Below are positions 37,705-50,809 of a DNA stretch of 64,000 nucleotides, piece after piece. Positions within the stretch are counted from its first letter, which is position 1. Every line of letters starts with the position of its first letter. This stretch comes from Antedon mediterranea (Eukaryota > Animalia > Echinodermata), in NCBI RefSeq assembly GCF_964355755.1, contig NC_092671.1, positions 20,336,001-20,400,000 on the forward strand, written 5' to 3'. The notes below the pieces were generated by a model. That model searched no databases. It was not told where the DNA came from and worked only from the letters and a program-made list of their open reading frames with translations. A program made the translations under genes and the position numbers.

Positions 37705-38940
37705 ACTAATCCCCAGGCGCCATTGTACAGCGACTTCATTGTAAAAATGTTTATAACCATTTCTGACTGCAGCAGCATCCTTTGAATGTTGTTCCAACCT
37801 ATCCGACGTATTGATTGTAGACAAATTAATATCTGTATCTTGCCTTCATTCACCTGGCGTTGCCCCTGTTACCCCCAATATTTATTACCATTTGATGAAT
37901 TTTGTTGCATTAGGAAATTGTGAAGAACGACAATAGATTGCGTTATGAGCCTTCCGTACTTTGGCAATAATTGGCCTCCTCAGAATGCGAAATCTGCTTG
38001 CAGCTATACCAAAGGAGTTTTCGATGACTCTTTGTGCTCTCGAAAGCCTATAGTTAAACACTCGTTGGTCAGTTTCCAAATGTGAAGAAGGGTAGGGTTT
38101 CATCATAATGCTTCTTTAATCCAAAAGCATCGTCTCCTACAAACACATAGGGCATTGTTTTGTCTGAATTTGGGAGTATTTCTGGACTGGAGCTGGAATG
38201 AGCAAGTTATTCTCTATAGCATGTCCCAAATAACTATATCCATATACACTATATACCATCACTCTGACGTACACTGTCTCCACAATGTCTACTAATGTAA
38301 ATGTATAGTTCGCATCACAAGCCGCCATAAGTACAATACTAATTATGCTAATTATAAAGGTTTTCTTGTAATTAAAATATGATGAGCCTGAATTATTAGG
38401 TGCTTGCATCACTACATGCTTCCCGTCTATAGACCCAACGCATTGGGAAAATTCAATGACTCGAAAAATTCATTAGAAATAACTTATCTTCTGTCGATGG
38501 ATGTTTGATGGAGCCTTTCTCTTTTAGGACTGTCCATATAGATAGCACCACACCTCTCATCAATTATTCTTCCAACAATTACCAATTGGCTCATACGGTA
38601 GCTTGCAGCAATTGTGACTTGTGCATCGCTTGTTACTAAGTATCTTAAACAAACACTTAATCTCTCATTGGGATTTAAGGATTTCCTTAATTTGGTATCT
38701 TGTTTCGTTATATACGAAGGGCAATCAAACTCAAAGGTTTCTCAAACGTTGTTAGTAACATTCGAAAGCATCTACAAAAGTACTCTCCATCATACAGCCT
38801 CAATTCTTTAACTAACAGGTGGTATTCTCCTTTTTGTTTTCTTTCACTGTAACTCGGTCTAACCCAAAACCTCTTTCTGTATTTTATTCTTCTTTGTTTC
38901 TGTCTTAGAATTAAGCCTAATAAAAGTCTTAACAACTTAA
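37705..38940 (-). pseudogene. PIF/Harbinger DDE transposase (HARBI1-like), frameshifted
   Basis: RFWVRP...[89 protein letters not shown] spread over several frames. Confidence 0.92.
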
Positions 38941-39108
38941 ATTTGATTAAAAGAAGTTAATGGTGGCATCGTGTAATGTTAATCATAGGCCTACAGTCAA
39001 AATCGCAAAGTCATTGGCTCTCACGTGGAAAATAAGTAAAAATTGGCGCAAATTTTTTCGCCGCGGAAATATATTATTCGCGCGAACAAATTCGCCTAGT
39101 GGAAAATA

Positions 39109-39489
39109 GGCTGATTTTCCACTAGGCGAATTTGTTCGCGCGAATCCAACGTTTCGAAGAGAAAAAAATCGCCTACTCTCTTTCCACTACATGAGTGAAT
39201 AGCTGCGACGTTCATGTTCCTCGCGTGGTTGCTGAGCATTTCGATTCGCATGAGTGCTCATGAAAGCGTCATAGCTCATTTCCTGAGCTCTGATTGGTTG
39301 CGCAATATTTCGCTTCGCAAAAAGTAGAAACAATTCGAACTAGTAATATAAATTTCGCTGAAGCGAAAAATCAAAGCAACTAGAATTCGTCGAAGAAGGC
39401 AATATGACAAGACAGAAACGCGAATACGCATGTGCATAGCATGACGCCATCGATTCGCGCGAACAAATTCGCCTAGTGGAAAATAGGCT
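39109..39489. mobile_element. Harbinger-family MITE sharing its TIR with the end of the adjacent transposase element
   Basis: attttccactaggcgaatttgttcgcgcgaat at 39114-39145 and its reverse complement at 39453-39484; TTA follows at 39490-39492. Confidence 0.8.
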
Positions 39490-40029
39490 TTACGGAAGGG
39501 AGAGCGGAAGAAAACGCCATAAGACTACGTGCACTTAATACCAAAACAAAACGGTTTAGGTGCTCGTTTGTACCTAATGCTATACACTTATATAACTCCA
39601 GAGTACAAAGATAAAACGTAACCGCTTTTGTTTATTTTTATAGCTCACGCATGTATTTTTAATGCTTTTATATAAACTTTAAATCATCGTTAGTGCAATA
39701 TAATAATAAATCATATAATATAATTAAATAATAATAATATTTATCTAATTTTAACAATTTTTAGCCTCTTAACTTTTTGTGTGTGTTTTGTAAATTGTAT
39801 TTTATATTTATATTTTTGTATTTTGCCAGTTTTCAAATCACATTTCTGTTTTTTTAAATGGACAATAAAGTATATATGACTATGACTATGACTAAAAAGA
39901 TTTGGCACAACAAGCCAAACGTTGCATCACATTTCATTTCATTATGTATTTGGTCTATTTGAGTATATACATAACAAAAAAAAACTGAAATTTGGGAGAC
40001 CAGTTTACACATAAAAGACAAAGGACAAA

Positions 40030-40500
40030 ATACAGTTACAGCGAATCAAAATGATATGAACTTTTCTAATGAAGGCTGATGGGCTTTCTAGGACTGCAGC
40101 ATCAGTCAACGGTCTGGGAAGCTGGTCCCATGACACGGGGTAACCTGATTGCAATAGAATGGATGGAAAAAAGCATGTGTCATTGATGCTTGATGTCGGC
40201 AGCACAGGCGATCATTGTGACAGGTATTGATTAAAATAGAGTCATGAACTGTGCTGCAGTCCAGAAACCCCACCAGAACCTTAAAACAAAATATAATAAG
40301 AAATGTATCTCTTCTAACGGACAAAGATGAAACAGAAAGCAAATTTAACCTCTCCTCATAGCACATCTGTCCACGATGCTGTTTGAGAGTAAGACGAGTT
40401 GCTCTCCTATGGACCCCCTCAAGCTGATCTGACAAAGACTTCGTCCATGGAAACCAAGCAGGTTGCGCATACTCCAGACCATTAGATGGCTGGTTTCATA
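40030..40500 (-). mobile_element. CR1-group LINE 3' fragment
   Basis: LEYAQPAWFPW..., QLEGVHRRATRL...YEERLNLL...LSVRR. Confidence 0.8.
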
Positions 40501-41569
40501 ATAATGATGTTCGGCTAGATACATCTGATGATCATGGCAATACTTATGAAGTTCAGCGACAGATGTACAATATGTGAAATTTGCATATGTAACTTCCTAT
40601 AACTATCCCGGTGAAACCCATAGCCAGGCGTTTTTTCATGGTTCGGGCGAACCCTCTTTATATAACGAACCCTATTAATCTACAGCGAACCCCCTACGAC
40701 ATGTCCACTACCTCTCTGACAATCCACATGATAGTTAATGTTTTTGTAAATCGATGTACATGTTACAGTTTTGATTTTTAGTAATCGTTTTACCAGTGAG
40801 GTATTTTTATACCTCCCTGACGCATCTATCATAATGAGAAACGAAAAAACTGCTCATTTAAATTAAATAAATGCAACAATCAATATGAAAACGATGTCGC
40901 AAAGCAGCTGGAAAAAAAGACTATTCGTTATTTTTTAGGAATATATTTGGAGTCTCAAAACACGTCTGCACATGGTGGTGCACATGGATGGATATGCGGA
41001 GATTATTTCGACAGTGAGAGGGGATGACGAAATAAAATACTAATATAGGCGTAGATATAGAATTTTGTAAGTAGGCGTAGATGCATTGACTGCGTTTATT
41101 TTAAATGCATTCCTAAAACAGGTTTTCTAGTGGCATTAATAATAGCTCCAGAAATATATATTGTTTTGCAAATAATGTAGTTTGATTATCATAGGAATAC
41201 AATAGAATTAAATAAAAGTTAAGCATCAACATTAAATTCTTAATAAAAGTCAACATTCTCTGGAAGTGCATAATAAAGTTGATCTAGCTACTAAGGTATA
41301 TCTAAAAATTATCAGTTTGATATATTTATTTTAGCTGTTTAATGTACACCATGCCACCAGCGCTGTATTAATATTTTTCTTTGCATAAATTCAGCCACTC
41401 TGGTAATACATGAAACATCTCAGCAGCTATTTCATGTTACCACCACCCAATTAAGTCGAGTAGATTAAAATGTTACTGCGCCTTCCATTATTGTGATGGG
41501 ATAGGCGGATGTGTTCTTTCACACAGAGTAAGAATGCTGTTATATAATTATTACACAGCTTCATTGCAT

Positions 41570-42170
41570 GCTAGCACACGAGGTTGTGAAAACCAGGTGG
41601 TCAAAAATTTCATATATTCAAAATGTAAATAGAATTAATTATATGAAAAATGTTAAAGATGGAAAACGAAAGTTGGCCTAGGATATTACTTTAATGATCT
41701 ATCATTTAAAATTCCATTATTCGTTCAAAATATCATTGATAATTGTGGTACACATGATATTTTTTCTGATATTCGAAATGGTAATGACTTTGATGCCAAG
41801 TGGGCTTTAAATACAAAAATAATTATGAAAGAAAAATCTAGCTCTCATTGGGTTGAAGACGATAAATGTAAAAGGTCAATTGAATATTATATGTAGGCCT
41901 ATATAAAAAATGAGCCCAAAATTTGAACAGTATCTACTTGATAAAATAGACTTTGAAGGAGCATCGTTAACATTTAAGCTGCGATTAAACACCCTTCCCC
42001 TTGAAAGAAAAACATATAAATGGTCAAATTGTGAAACAGAAATGAAGAAGAAACTATTATGCACTTTCTTTTAACATGTACCACTCTAGAAGAAGAGAGA
42101 AAAAGAACTTTTGGAATGTAATCTTTTTTATTCTTATGACTATTTTCAAAATTTAGATTTATTCAACAAA
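41570..42170 (+). mobile_element. LINE ORF2 C-terminal remnant
   Basis: FEQYLL...FKLRLNTLPLE... and EETIMHFLLTCTTLEEER, the HxxxxC zinc-knuckle pattern of non-LTR ORF2 ends. Confidence 0.6.
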
Positions 42171-42179
42171 ACTTAGACC

Positions 42180-42420
42180 ATATGTGATCTCCCTTCATGC
42201 ATTCAAGACTCCACGGACATTATTCAAAATGTACCTAATAATTCTGGCTACATTATGTTTCATCGTTGAAATACTAATATCCCTCACGTAGGTGCGAGCC
42301 GACTATTTTAAATTACAAACAATTTCCAGGCAAAACGCCTACAAAAGCATTGCATTTCGTAGACCTCCCAACCTTCGTGATATATTAGTCAAATCCAAAT
42401 TTAAAAGTGAAACATATGAC
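42180..42420 (+). mobile_element. Penelope-like element fragment
   Basis: IAFRRPPNLRDILVKSKF, the motif preceding the GIY-YIG domain in Penelope-like elements. Confidence 0.6.
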
Positions 42421-44149
42421 ATTCTCATGTCATATATTGGATATATAAACTCACAATTTACAAATAAACTTTATTACTGACAGTTGCTTCTTAACATTTG
42501 TATTAATTAATAATTACAAAAAATATAAACGTCGTAGTGGTGACGTGTAGGTTACAGGTATAGGCCCTACTTTACTATTTCAATCGACAGTGACATGTTT
42601 AACAGAATAATAAATCGCTAATGTTTTTCTGTATTTAGTGGTATATTATTGATAGGCTTATAAAACATGAAAAAATATTGACCTATAGCAGACAATCTCT
42701 TTTCAAGACTCGGTTTATTTCCCGGAAAAGTGTCTCTGCCATTGAGGCTTACTCACCAGAAGAACTACATATATCGTAAAACTTCATTTCGACCTTCCGA
42801 TACAAACTGCTATTTATTTTCAAACATTTTGTCTACCACAATTCTAACAAAATAAAAAATTACCATATTTATTTAAATAAACGCCCCACCCCCTCTTGAA
42901 TAAACACCCCTTTTCTAGTAGAATTCATTGAAATAAAATCAAGACACGCAATATGAAGTACTGAAGACATTTTAATACTCTTGCTTTGGTTGAAAATATC
43001 TGAGTATAACAATACACACTTATATATTATATAATTAATTTATATGATTGGTTTCATGAACTACATTTGGTTAATACACACTACCATACATACAAAACTT
43101 GGTTACATATATACTTTATGCTACATTGAAATACTGTTGTAAATGAGAAATTCTGCAATATATATAATTATATTTATGATATAAATCATGGAATTTAAAG
43201 ATGAATATAAAATACAAGCAATCATAATATATTTACTTCACGCACGCACTACAATTAAAATAGGCAAACATGTCCAAAATATGCAAACTATATCATATAT
43301 GCTATTAATATTGGAATGTAAAAAATCCACCTTATATTTATATATTTTTATTTTATAAACATGAAATCATTAAAAATACTGTAATATTCCAGTATTCTTT
43401 GGTCTTTACAATTTAAAAGTATAGTAGATATGATGCTCACAGCTGTTTATATTTTAATACACTATATACTGATATTATTTGCATAATTTGTATACAGTAT
43501 GTTTCAGGAACAGAAGTAAGTGTAATATTTTGTCCAGATATCGAAATCACTTGCTTTTTCTCTTGACAGATAACTTCTGCAAATAAAAAAATATATAAAT
43601 TACAGATCTCCCTATTCATCCGATGATCCGTTTTCAGATATTGTAGGTGATATCCCATACACAAACAAATACTTTTTCCACTGTAGCAATGTAAAAAAAC
43701 ATTATGTCACACTTTACTAGAGAGCAGGAAACAGCACACTTACTTGTGTTTAAAATTTACCTAATTTGATGCAGTTTTTAAATTTTATTTATGAATATTA
43801 TTTATTTTATATATGAAACGATATTTAAAACCTATTATTAAAGAGCAGCAAACAGCAATACAATAAACTTTATTTACCTAATTTGAATTTTGTTTTCACT
43901 TACAAATTATGTTTTTTTAAAAAATTATGATTTACTAGAACTAACATTAATACAAAATATGATATCTTCTTAGGGCAAGGCACTATTTAAAAATCCCAAA
44001 ATGCAAACTAATTCCTCTCTGTTACAATTTTATGGATGTGAACTTTGCAAAATAACAATCTTTTTATAAGTGGTTATTACATAGAGTATTGTGCTTACTG
44101 TATATATATTTTCAATTTTTTTTTTTTTTTAGTAATAAATTTTTTTTTA

Positions 44150-44340
44150 TGCAGCCAGTAATAACATCAGCTCCAGAAGCCTTGAATGGTTTTAATTTCT
44201 GCAACAGATACAGTTATTTGAGGAATGTCAGAAATATTGGATTTGTCCACATATTATGATATGAAGTGAATTGACTCAGCTTTATCATTTGCATTATTGA
44301 TGCATCCATCAGTCTTTCTTATGATTGATGTTAGTACCAA
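44150..44340 (-). mobile_element. LINE ORF2 remnant (pre-RT region)
   Basis: NNANDKAE..., IPQITVSVAEI..., KASGAD in broken frames. Confidence 0.4.
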
Positions 44341-44727
44341 GTATAAAATTCAAGCAGAAGCTAGCCTTAAGTCAAAAAAACATTTACAGTTTTAGTGTCG
44401 ACACGTATTCCAAATAAAATGTGTTATTTAGGACTACGAATCTATCATCTAATCGGCTGTAACTTGATTTGTTTTATAAAATTTACTCTTAACAGTGGTT
44501 GTACAATTTTCAGAGAAAGTAATATAATTTCTATATCATCCACATATTAATATAATGTATAAATTACCTTCTATATAATTCACCACCCTTTCTATTGTTT
44601 TTATGAACCACAAACAATATTAACAGATCACTAATGACCTTGTGTATGTGATTTCATTTGAAAATTACATCAAATGACTGAAATGCATATGAGTAAGTTA
44701 ACAATGAGTAACTCGCCAAATTGTTAA

Positions 44728-44795
44728 AAGAGTTAGAATTAAACCATGGACATTTGGATTGGAAGGCAAGCATGTTAACCACCAAGCTATAGCTT
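44728..44795 (-). mobile_element. Degenerate tRNA-Gly-like SINE head
   Basis: Minus strand tagcttggtggttaacatgcttgccttccaatcc... with a decayed B-box. Confidence 0.4.
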
Positions 44796-46077
44796 TACTC
44801 CAATGGAGTTTTCAAGATAGTATGGGCTTCTTTTCGAGATATCAAAGAAACTGGGGGATTTAATTCCAGATAAACTTATGATGCAGATATAATGGATGAT
44901 CAAGTTACCATACATTTACAGTATTTTACAGTTTAAAATGGTTTTGATCACAAATAATTATGTAAAGTTGGCAGTTAATATCTTAACAATTATTGTAGTA
45001 GCAAAGGTAAATCTCGAAAAGAAAGCCACCTTCAAAAGAAGCCACCCAAAAGGGCTTTTTTGTCAAGGTTTTACGGTATTGTACATACTTCATTCTAGTC
45101 ACCTTCAGTTACTGAGTAACTTGAGTTCTATTCATTATTTCCACAGGCTACATCTGTATGTGTATTCTTATTTGCGTTGAAAAATAATATATCTTTGTAA
45201 TATAGTTAATTAAATTTTCAGAAAATGAATAAACTACTGCCAAACTACATGGTATTGCATATTCCTCAACTGTTGTAATGACTTTACAAAAACAGAAACC
45301 TCCAAAGTACTGACTTTTAACTTCTCGAATGTACCACAGACAACGTATGAAACGTATGATGATGTCAACTCCAAAAAACCATTCTTGGGACTTTTTATGC
45401 CTGTCTGAATAGTCAATAATTATAATAACCCTCACACCTGATTGTAGTGATTCCTTCTGTCTCAAGATCACCCCTTGATATACGAATTATGAATCTTTAT
45501 TTGTGGAATTGACCACATACATCTTTTGAAAAATTAAATGTGGTGTGCTTTCATGTGTCATGTCTTTTAGGTTTGTACTACCCCTTGAAATAGAAAATAT
45601 CTCTAAATTCTGGGTTAGTGTAATTGCGATTGACCATAGAATGATTTGATTTGAATTTATTAGGAAAATCATAATAAAAAATAGGGTGTCTAGAAAACTC
45701 AGATATCTGACTTTTCTAGATCGGTTACCATTATTGAAATGCTTGATATTCGTAAAACTAAACCTACTCACTAACCTGTTTCACAGTGTCTTAGACGATT
45801 AATAGCATTACGTATAGTGTTTAAGGTTTGGTAGGACCCTTAGTGTGGAAGTGGGGAGGCGGAGTTAATTTGAGGGAGGTGGTTATTCGAGGGATACTTT
45901 ACATTTGTTAGTTTTAATAATAAGGTACATTTACAAATAAAATCCTCTAGTATATATGAAAGGTGGTAAAAAATGTTTGGTAAATTGTAGATAACAGTCC
46001 AATGAAATCTACTAAAAATAGTATAATTGTGTTATAAATACAATACAATATTGTGTGTATAAATGTGGATGGGCATT

Positions 46078-46500
46078 TAGACGGCTTGCAACATGGGCAG
46101 AAATATCCCAGGGTTCTAACGGGACACAGATAGCGCACAGCATCAATTCTCTCGATGTAATTTTATATACTTATTCCCCACAACATACTCCTATATTTGG
46201 GGGTCGGCGATAATTAATTTAATTGATGTTTTATTGGGGCGGAGTTCTTAATTGGTATAATTAATACATTATTCCATGACACAGTGTGCCGTTTTGGCCT
46301 AAGAAGAAAGACGTTCTTAACGGCTTGCAACATGGGCAGAAATATTCCAGGGTCCTAACGGGACGGGACGCAGATAGCGCACAGTATACATAAAGTCCAA
46401 TAACTCGGCTATCGGGGTTTCATTCGATTTCAAACAAAACCTCTTATCAGTTCTCTCGATGTAATTTTATATTCTTATTCCTCACAATATACTCCTATGT
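46078..46500. repeat. Local direct duplication, about 240 bp spacing
   Basis: acggcttgcaacatgggcagaaatat...cagatagcgcacag at 46081 and 46320, each followed by ttctctcgatgtaattttatat. Confidence 0.8.
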
Positions 46501-47956
46501 TTTATGAATATATTTAATTTGATCTTTATTAATGTACTACTGTACCTTCACAAGTGTGGTCCGAAAATAAACAAAAAACTAAAATGCCCAACTTAGTTGA
46601 AACCAACTATGCAGGAAGTTGCAAGGTGATTGACATACCTTACCGTAAACCAGGAAATGACTTCTATCTACCGCGCATAGAGTTAAAAATCTACCGATAA
46701 AATCAGAAACGTTGTTATAAAACCCTTTATAATATCTTCCCAAGATATAAATATGGAACAATATCGTAATAGTGGAAACTAATGTTATCAAATCTTCGTT
46801 TCGCGGTACATCTGAGATAGATAAGGTAGGCGGAGATTTGTCCCTTAGTTTTTTAATTGTGCTCGCCTATGTCAGAATAAACCATAATTTTTATATAGAT
46901 TACAAATAATACATTTATAAAAGATTTTTCAGGATAGCCCAAAAAGCTTATTAGCTTATTTCCATTAGTATCCTTTTATAATCTAAAAATATAAAAATAA
47001 TAATAATAAAAAAATTACAAAGTACTGCATTAAACACGTAAATATAAAAAAAACAATAACATAATAAAACAAGTTAAATTAAAAGACTATGATTGACTTA
47101 TAATTAAAAAACTATGATTGACTTTGATGTGATTTTAACATTTTTCTTAAAATTAAATTTGTTTTCTATTTGCTGAATGGAATGAGATAGGTTATTCCAT
47201 GCCTTTATGCCTTAGTAAACGCCGTGGCTAAAGATATGGTACTGTATCCGAACTTCTGTTTGCTAAAGGTACGGTAAAATTGCATTACGTCAAAATCAGC
47301 CAATGGAATGCTGGTACGTGTGTGACGTCATCGTATAAGGACTTTTTTTTCTCTTTTCTTTTTGCTTCTTCCGAATCATGAGCTGTATTTGTGATATATC
47401 CACGACGGTCTTAATTCCATGGAGTTGCTTAATTCTGTCTGTCCTTGAAAGTAATTGGCCTTCTTCCCTCAAATTGATACATTAATTTATATTACACCAA
47501 TTCCCTTTTTGAACAAGATCTGAATGTTTTATTTTTGGCCTTTTCATTGATTTACATATACTATATCATCTAATCTATTGACTGAGGAAACAAATTCACA
47601 AATTGTACATCTCTTGACCTTTCTCGTCACCATGCAAGTTATGTTTAGCTGAATCAGGTATTATCACCCGGAGTGTAGTTTTGTAATTGGATTTCCATCC
47701 CAGTAGTGAGTTATGGCAGCCTTTAGTTTCACAATCCGCTCCTGACAGCCATTTAAATAGAGGATCGTAATGTCGGCTGATATGTTTACAAAATATCATA
47801 CATTTTTGGATTTATTTTTTGTATGTGCTTTGTTAGTTTACTAAGTTTTTTAATTAAAGACAATTTTTTACTGATCTTACACTAAATAATAATTATTCTT
47901 TGTTGGCAGAGGCAATTGTACAAATAAAATAGAATCTACTCACATATCTTGAAAGA

Positions 47957-48088
47957 TCAACTAGAAAAATTGATTCTAAATCCAGTAGACAATGGAGAAT
48001 CAGTAGTTTGTTGAGAAGGATCACCACTAACAAAACGTACAAAGAGCCTTCTTGTTGAACCCCAGCCTACAATGTCTGCTGGTGATCT
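47957..48088 (-). CDS. CUBN: Cubilin, last coding exon (end of final CUB domain, ...GFRINFSS*)
   Basis: tttatag acceptor, TGA at 47957-47959, AATAAA on minus strand at 47811-47816; no transmembrane segment, as in cubilin. Confidence 0.85.
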   Translation of the reverse strand, partial: RSPADIVGWGSTRRLFVRFVSGDPSQQTTDSPLSTGFRINFSS

Positions 48089-48312
48089 CTATAAAAACAA
48101 TCATTATCATTAATAACTACTAGAAATAAATAGGCCTATTAAATCCTTTTTTTTCCCTCTAACTTTTATTTTTACTTACTCTGGACGCACCTTCATTCAA
48201 GAAGTGTGCCACTGTTTCAAAATTGTAGCTTCCAAATAAATTATTATTATTATATACAAAACTCTTTTTAGCGCCACATAGTAACAGTAATAATAAAGTG
48301 TCACAAACTTAC

Positions 48313-48554
48313 CTGTCCACAGTAGCGCCCTATGGCTGGTGCATTAGAATCTTGTCCATTATATATTTCAACTACGCCATTGTTACATACTCCTTCAGGT
48401 CCAGGTAAGTTAATTTGTGTGAATGATAGTGTAACTGGTCCCTTGCCTGCTGGTACTTCAACAAGCCACTCACACGTAACATTGCTCGGGTAAACCTGTG
48501 GATAAAGTGGACTTGTGAAACTACCACTTGGTCCTATAATTGGTCCTCCACAGC
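48313..48554 (-). CDS. CUBN: Cubilin exon (CGGPIIGPSGSFTSPLYPQVYPSNVTCEWLVEVP...GRYCGQ)
   Basis: Canonical CUB N-half resembling the last cubilin CUB domain; ttttag / gtaagt. Confidence 0.92.
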
Positions 48555-48737
48555 CTAAAAAACAAATGAGAAAATCGCAAAAACAAAGGCTTAATATACA
48601 ATAACTCTGTTTTGAAGATATGTAATAACCTAGTTTTAGAGGTTAATTAGCACATTTCTTTACCTCATTTTTTTTTCATTTTCTTTTATTTAATTTTTCA
48701 CAAATAAAAATGCAAGATTTATTTATTGATAACTGAC

Positions 48738-48906
48738 CTGGTGATATGGTAGATGCTGAAAATGTAAGATCAAAACCAGCATATGTAACAGTTGAATCTG
48801 TGACAAATCTTAGGATCGCCAAATTGCCATTAAAAAACAATGGATCTGGAATAGCAGTTCCACAATATTTAGCAACTTCTGTACTTGTATCAGAAACATT
48901 ATATAT
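48738..48906 (-). CDS. CUBN: Cubilin exon (KYCGTAIPDPLF...LRFVTDSTVTYAGFDLTF)
   Basis: CUB C-half; acag / gtcagt; phases 0 and 1 fit. Confidence 0.92.
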
Positions 48907-49164
48907 CTGTCATTGTAAAAACATAGGATACAATCAGTATGGTACAGATAGGCTCAACCCTTGCCTATTACTATATATACAGCACCCGCCTCAATTCAGA
49001 ATGCAACCATTGCTTAACTTCGGTGATCTGACAAGAGCCAGTGTTTCAACGCAGTATGTAATAATACTGCTACTCAACAAGTGAACATTACTAAGTATAT
49101 CTATTGTATAGCATAATTGAAATCATTGTCTATATTTGGAATGGTCATTAAAAAACATTCTTAC

Positions 49165-49349
49165 CGATAGGTAATCATAATCACAATTTGCATGGAATTC
49201 AATATCGAAAGAAGTAAAATAAATTGACAAAAATGTTCCTTGGGATGAAGTGATGTTGTTAAAGCAATCATGATTGTCATTATAAGTTCCCACTGGCCAG
49301 TTGGGACTGGTCACACGTCCGCTATCCTTAGTTATGTCATTACTACAAT
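49165..49349 (-). CDS. CUBN: Cubilin exon (CSNDITKDSGRVTSPNWP...YNDNHDC...NCDYDYLS)
   Basis: CUB N-half with SPxWP and YDN..DC-like pattern of the penultimate cubilin CUB; tttatag / gtaaga. Confidence 0.92.
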
Positions 49350-49429
49350 CTATAAATTAAAAGATTCTTATTTATATGTAAGATTATTAATATCTATAAT
49401 TAATTGAAGGTAAAAATCTGATCAGTAAT

Positions 49430-49790
49430 GTATATTCTGGTCGGCATGGACTTCGATCTACCCAAGACCATACCCGTCTTGCCATCCCCAAGACCAAGAG
49501 GTCGTTTGGCGATAAGTGTTTTTTTGTCATCGGTCCTAGATTGTGGAATAACTTACCATCTTATATTCGTGAAGCCCCAAATGTGCAATATTTCAAGAAA
49601 ATGAAATTCGGTAACTTTTTGTATAGGCCCTCATAGTTTTTATATATATATTTTTGTATTTTCATTCCATTTTCTATTTTTTGTTTTTTTGTAAGTTTTG
49701 TTGAGTATATAGTATTTTCTATTGTACAGCGCTTTGGTCACTTGGAAAAGCGCTATATAAATCCAAAATTAAATTAAATTAAATTAATTA
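49430..49790 (+). mobile_element. L2 LINE 3' end
   Basis: LAIPKTKRSFGDKCFFVIGPRLWNNLP, terminal stem-loop agcgctt...aagcgct, (AAATT)n tail. Confidence 0.8.
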
Positions 49791-49947
49791 AATATAATTG
49801 TAAATAAACCTGGTAAAAATTCCAAAACTCTAACACAATCTTATAAAAAAAAACACAGACAGATATTTTTACTGCCAAAAAATATCTGAATAGTAATACA
49901 ATACAATCTTAATAGTTAATTCACAACAAAATGAATATAATAACTAC

Positions 49948-50089
49948 CTGATATATAATATGTTAAGCTGAATCCTTGTCCAGTTGATGAAAAGTCAGTT
50001 ACAAAATTGATCTGTGCTGAACCTCCAACTGAGTTGAATACTCCTGGAATAGTTGATCCACAGTACTTCATCACTTGTCCATTTGATCT
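49948..50089 (-). CDS. CUBN: Cubilin exon (MKYCGSTIPGVFNSVGGSAQINFVTDFSSTGQGFSLTY)
   Basis: CUB C-half; ttttag / gtagtt; phase 0 joins the 61152-61360 exon. Confidence 0.9.
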
Positions 50090-50809
50090 CTAAAAACATA
50101 ATTCCATTATTAGTTTTAGCTAATAATCCTTGTTTGACAAAAATATTTACTGTAGTATCCATTCACTTTGATGAAGGTGAGGTGAGGGATTCAAACTTAG
50201 TTCAAACAATTAAATTTAGTTTTTTTACCTTTACAAATGCCCAGAAACGCTTTTTATTGTTCTGTTTATTAAACAGACTATTGACATAGTCAGCATAAGG
50301 TTTCAAGCAAATTCTGAATGGCTTTGTATGATTTCCAATCATCTTCATTCGCTTTACCTTCTTAAAAACACAGTTTTTCTTTTGAATCAATTATTATGGA
50401 TTTGAATGTTTCCTGGCTTTCCATGTAACTTTGGAAACTGCAGCATCAATTATATACATAAAACATTAAATTCTAAGGATCAATCAACATCATCATCACT
50501 TTTAACAGGATTAGCCAAAGTAGATATATAGTAGAGAGGCCAAATACACAAAAGTCCTCTATAAAAAGTTTGGGGGGCATTTTTTGTTAATAGCAGGCAA
50601 CCATGTTGAATATATCCTTTGTGGGGTGACAAAACCGATAGGGGTGGATGCCATCTTCAATTTTGAGTTTTAAGGTCAGTTTATATGGTCAAGAGGTCAA
50701 ACAAGGTCAATTTATAAGATTTTTATTTTATTCACGGAAAATCATCTACATCATCAGATCTATCCAAAAAAGGGATTTTTGAAGATCAACTGATGTTTCA
50801 TATCTATAT

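Noticed and set aside
37705-38940. Domesticated HARBI1-type host gene
   Set aside because: Multiple frameshifts and stops, and an adjacent TIR.
44896-45771. Several 60-107 aa ORFs
   Set aside because: No motifs or consistent phase-linked exon chain; expected by chance.
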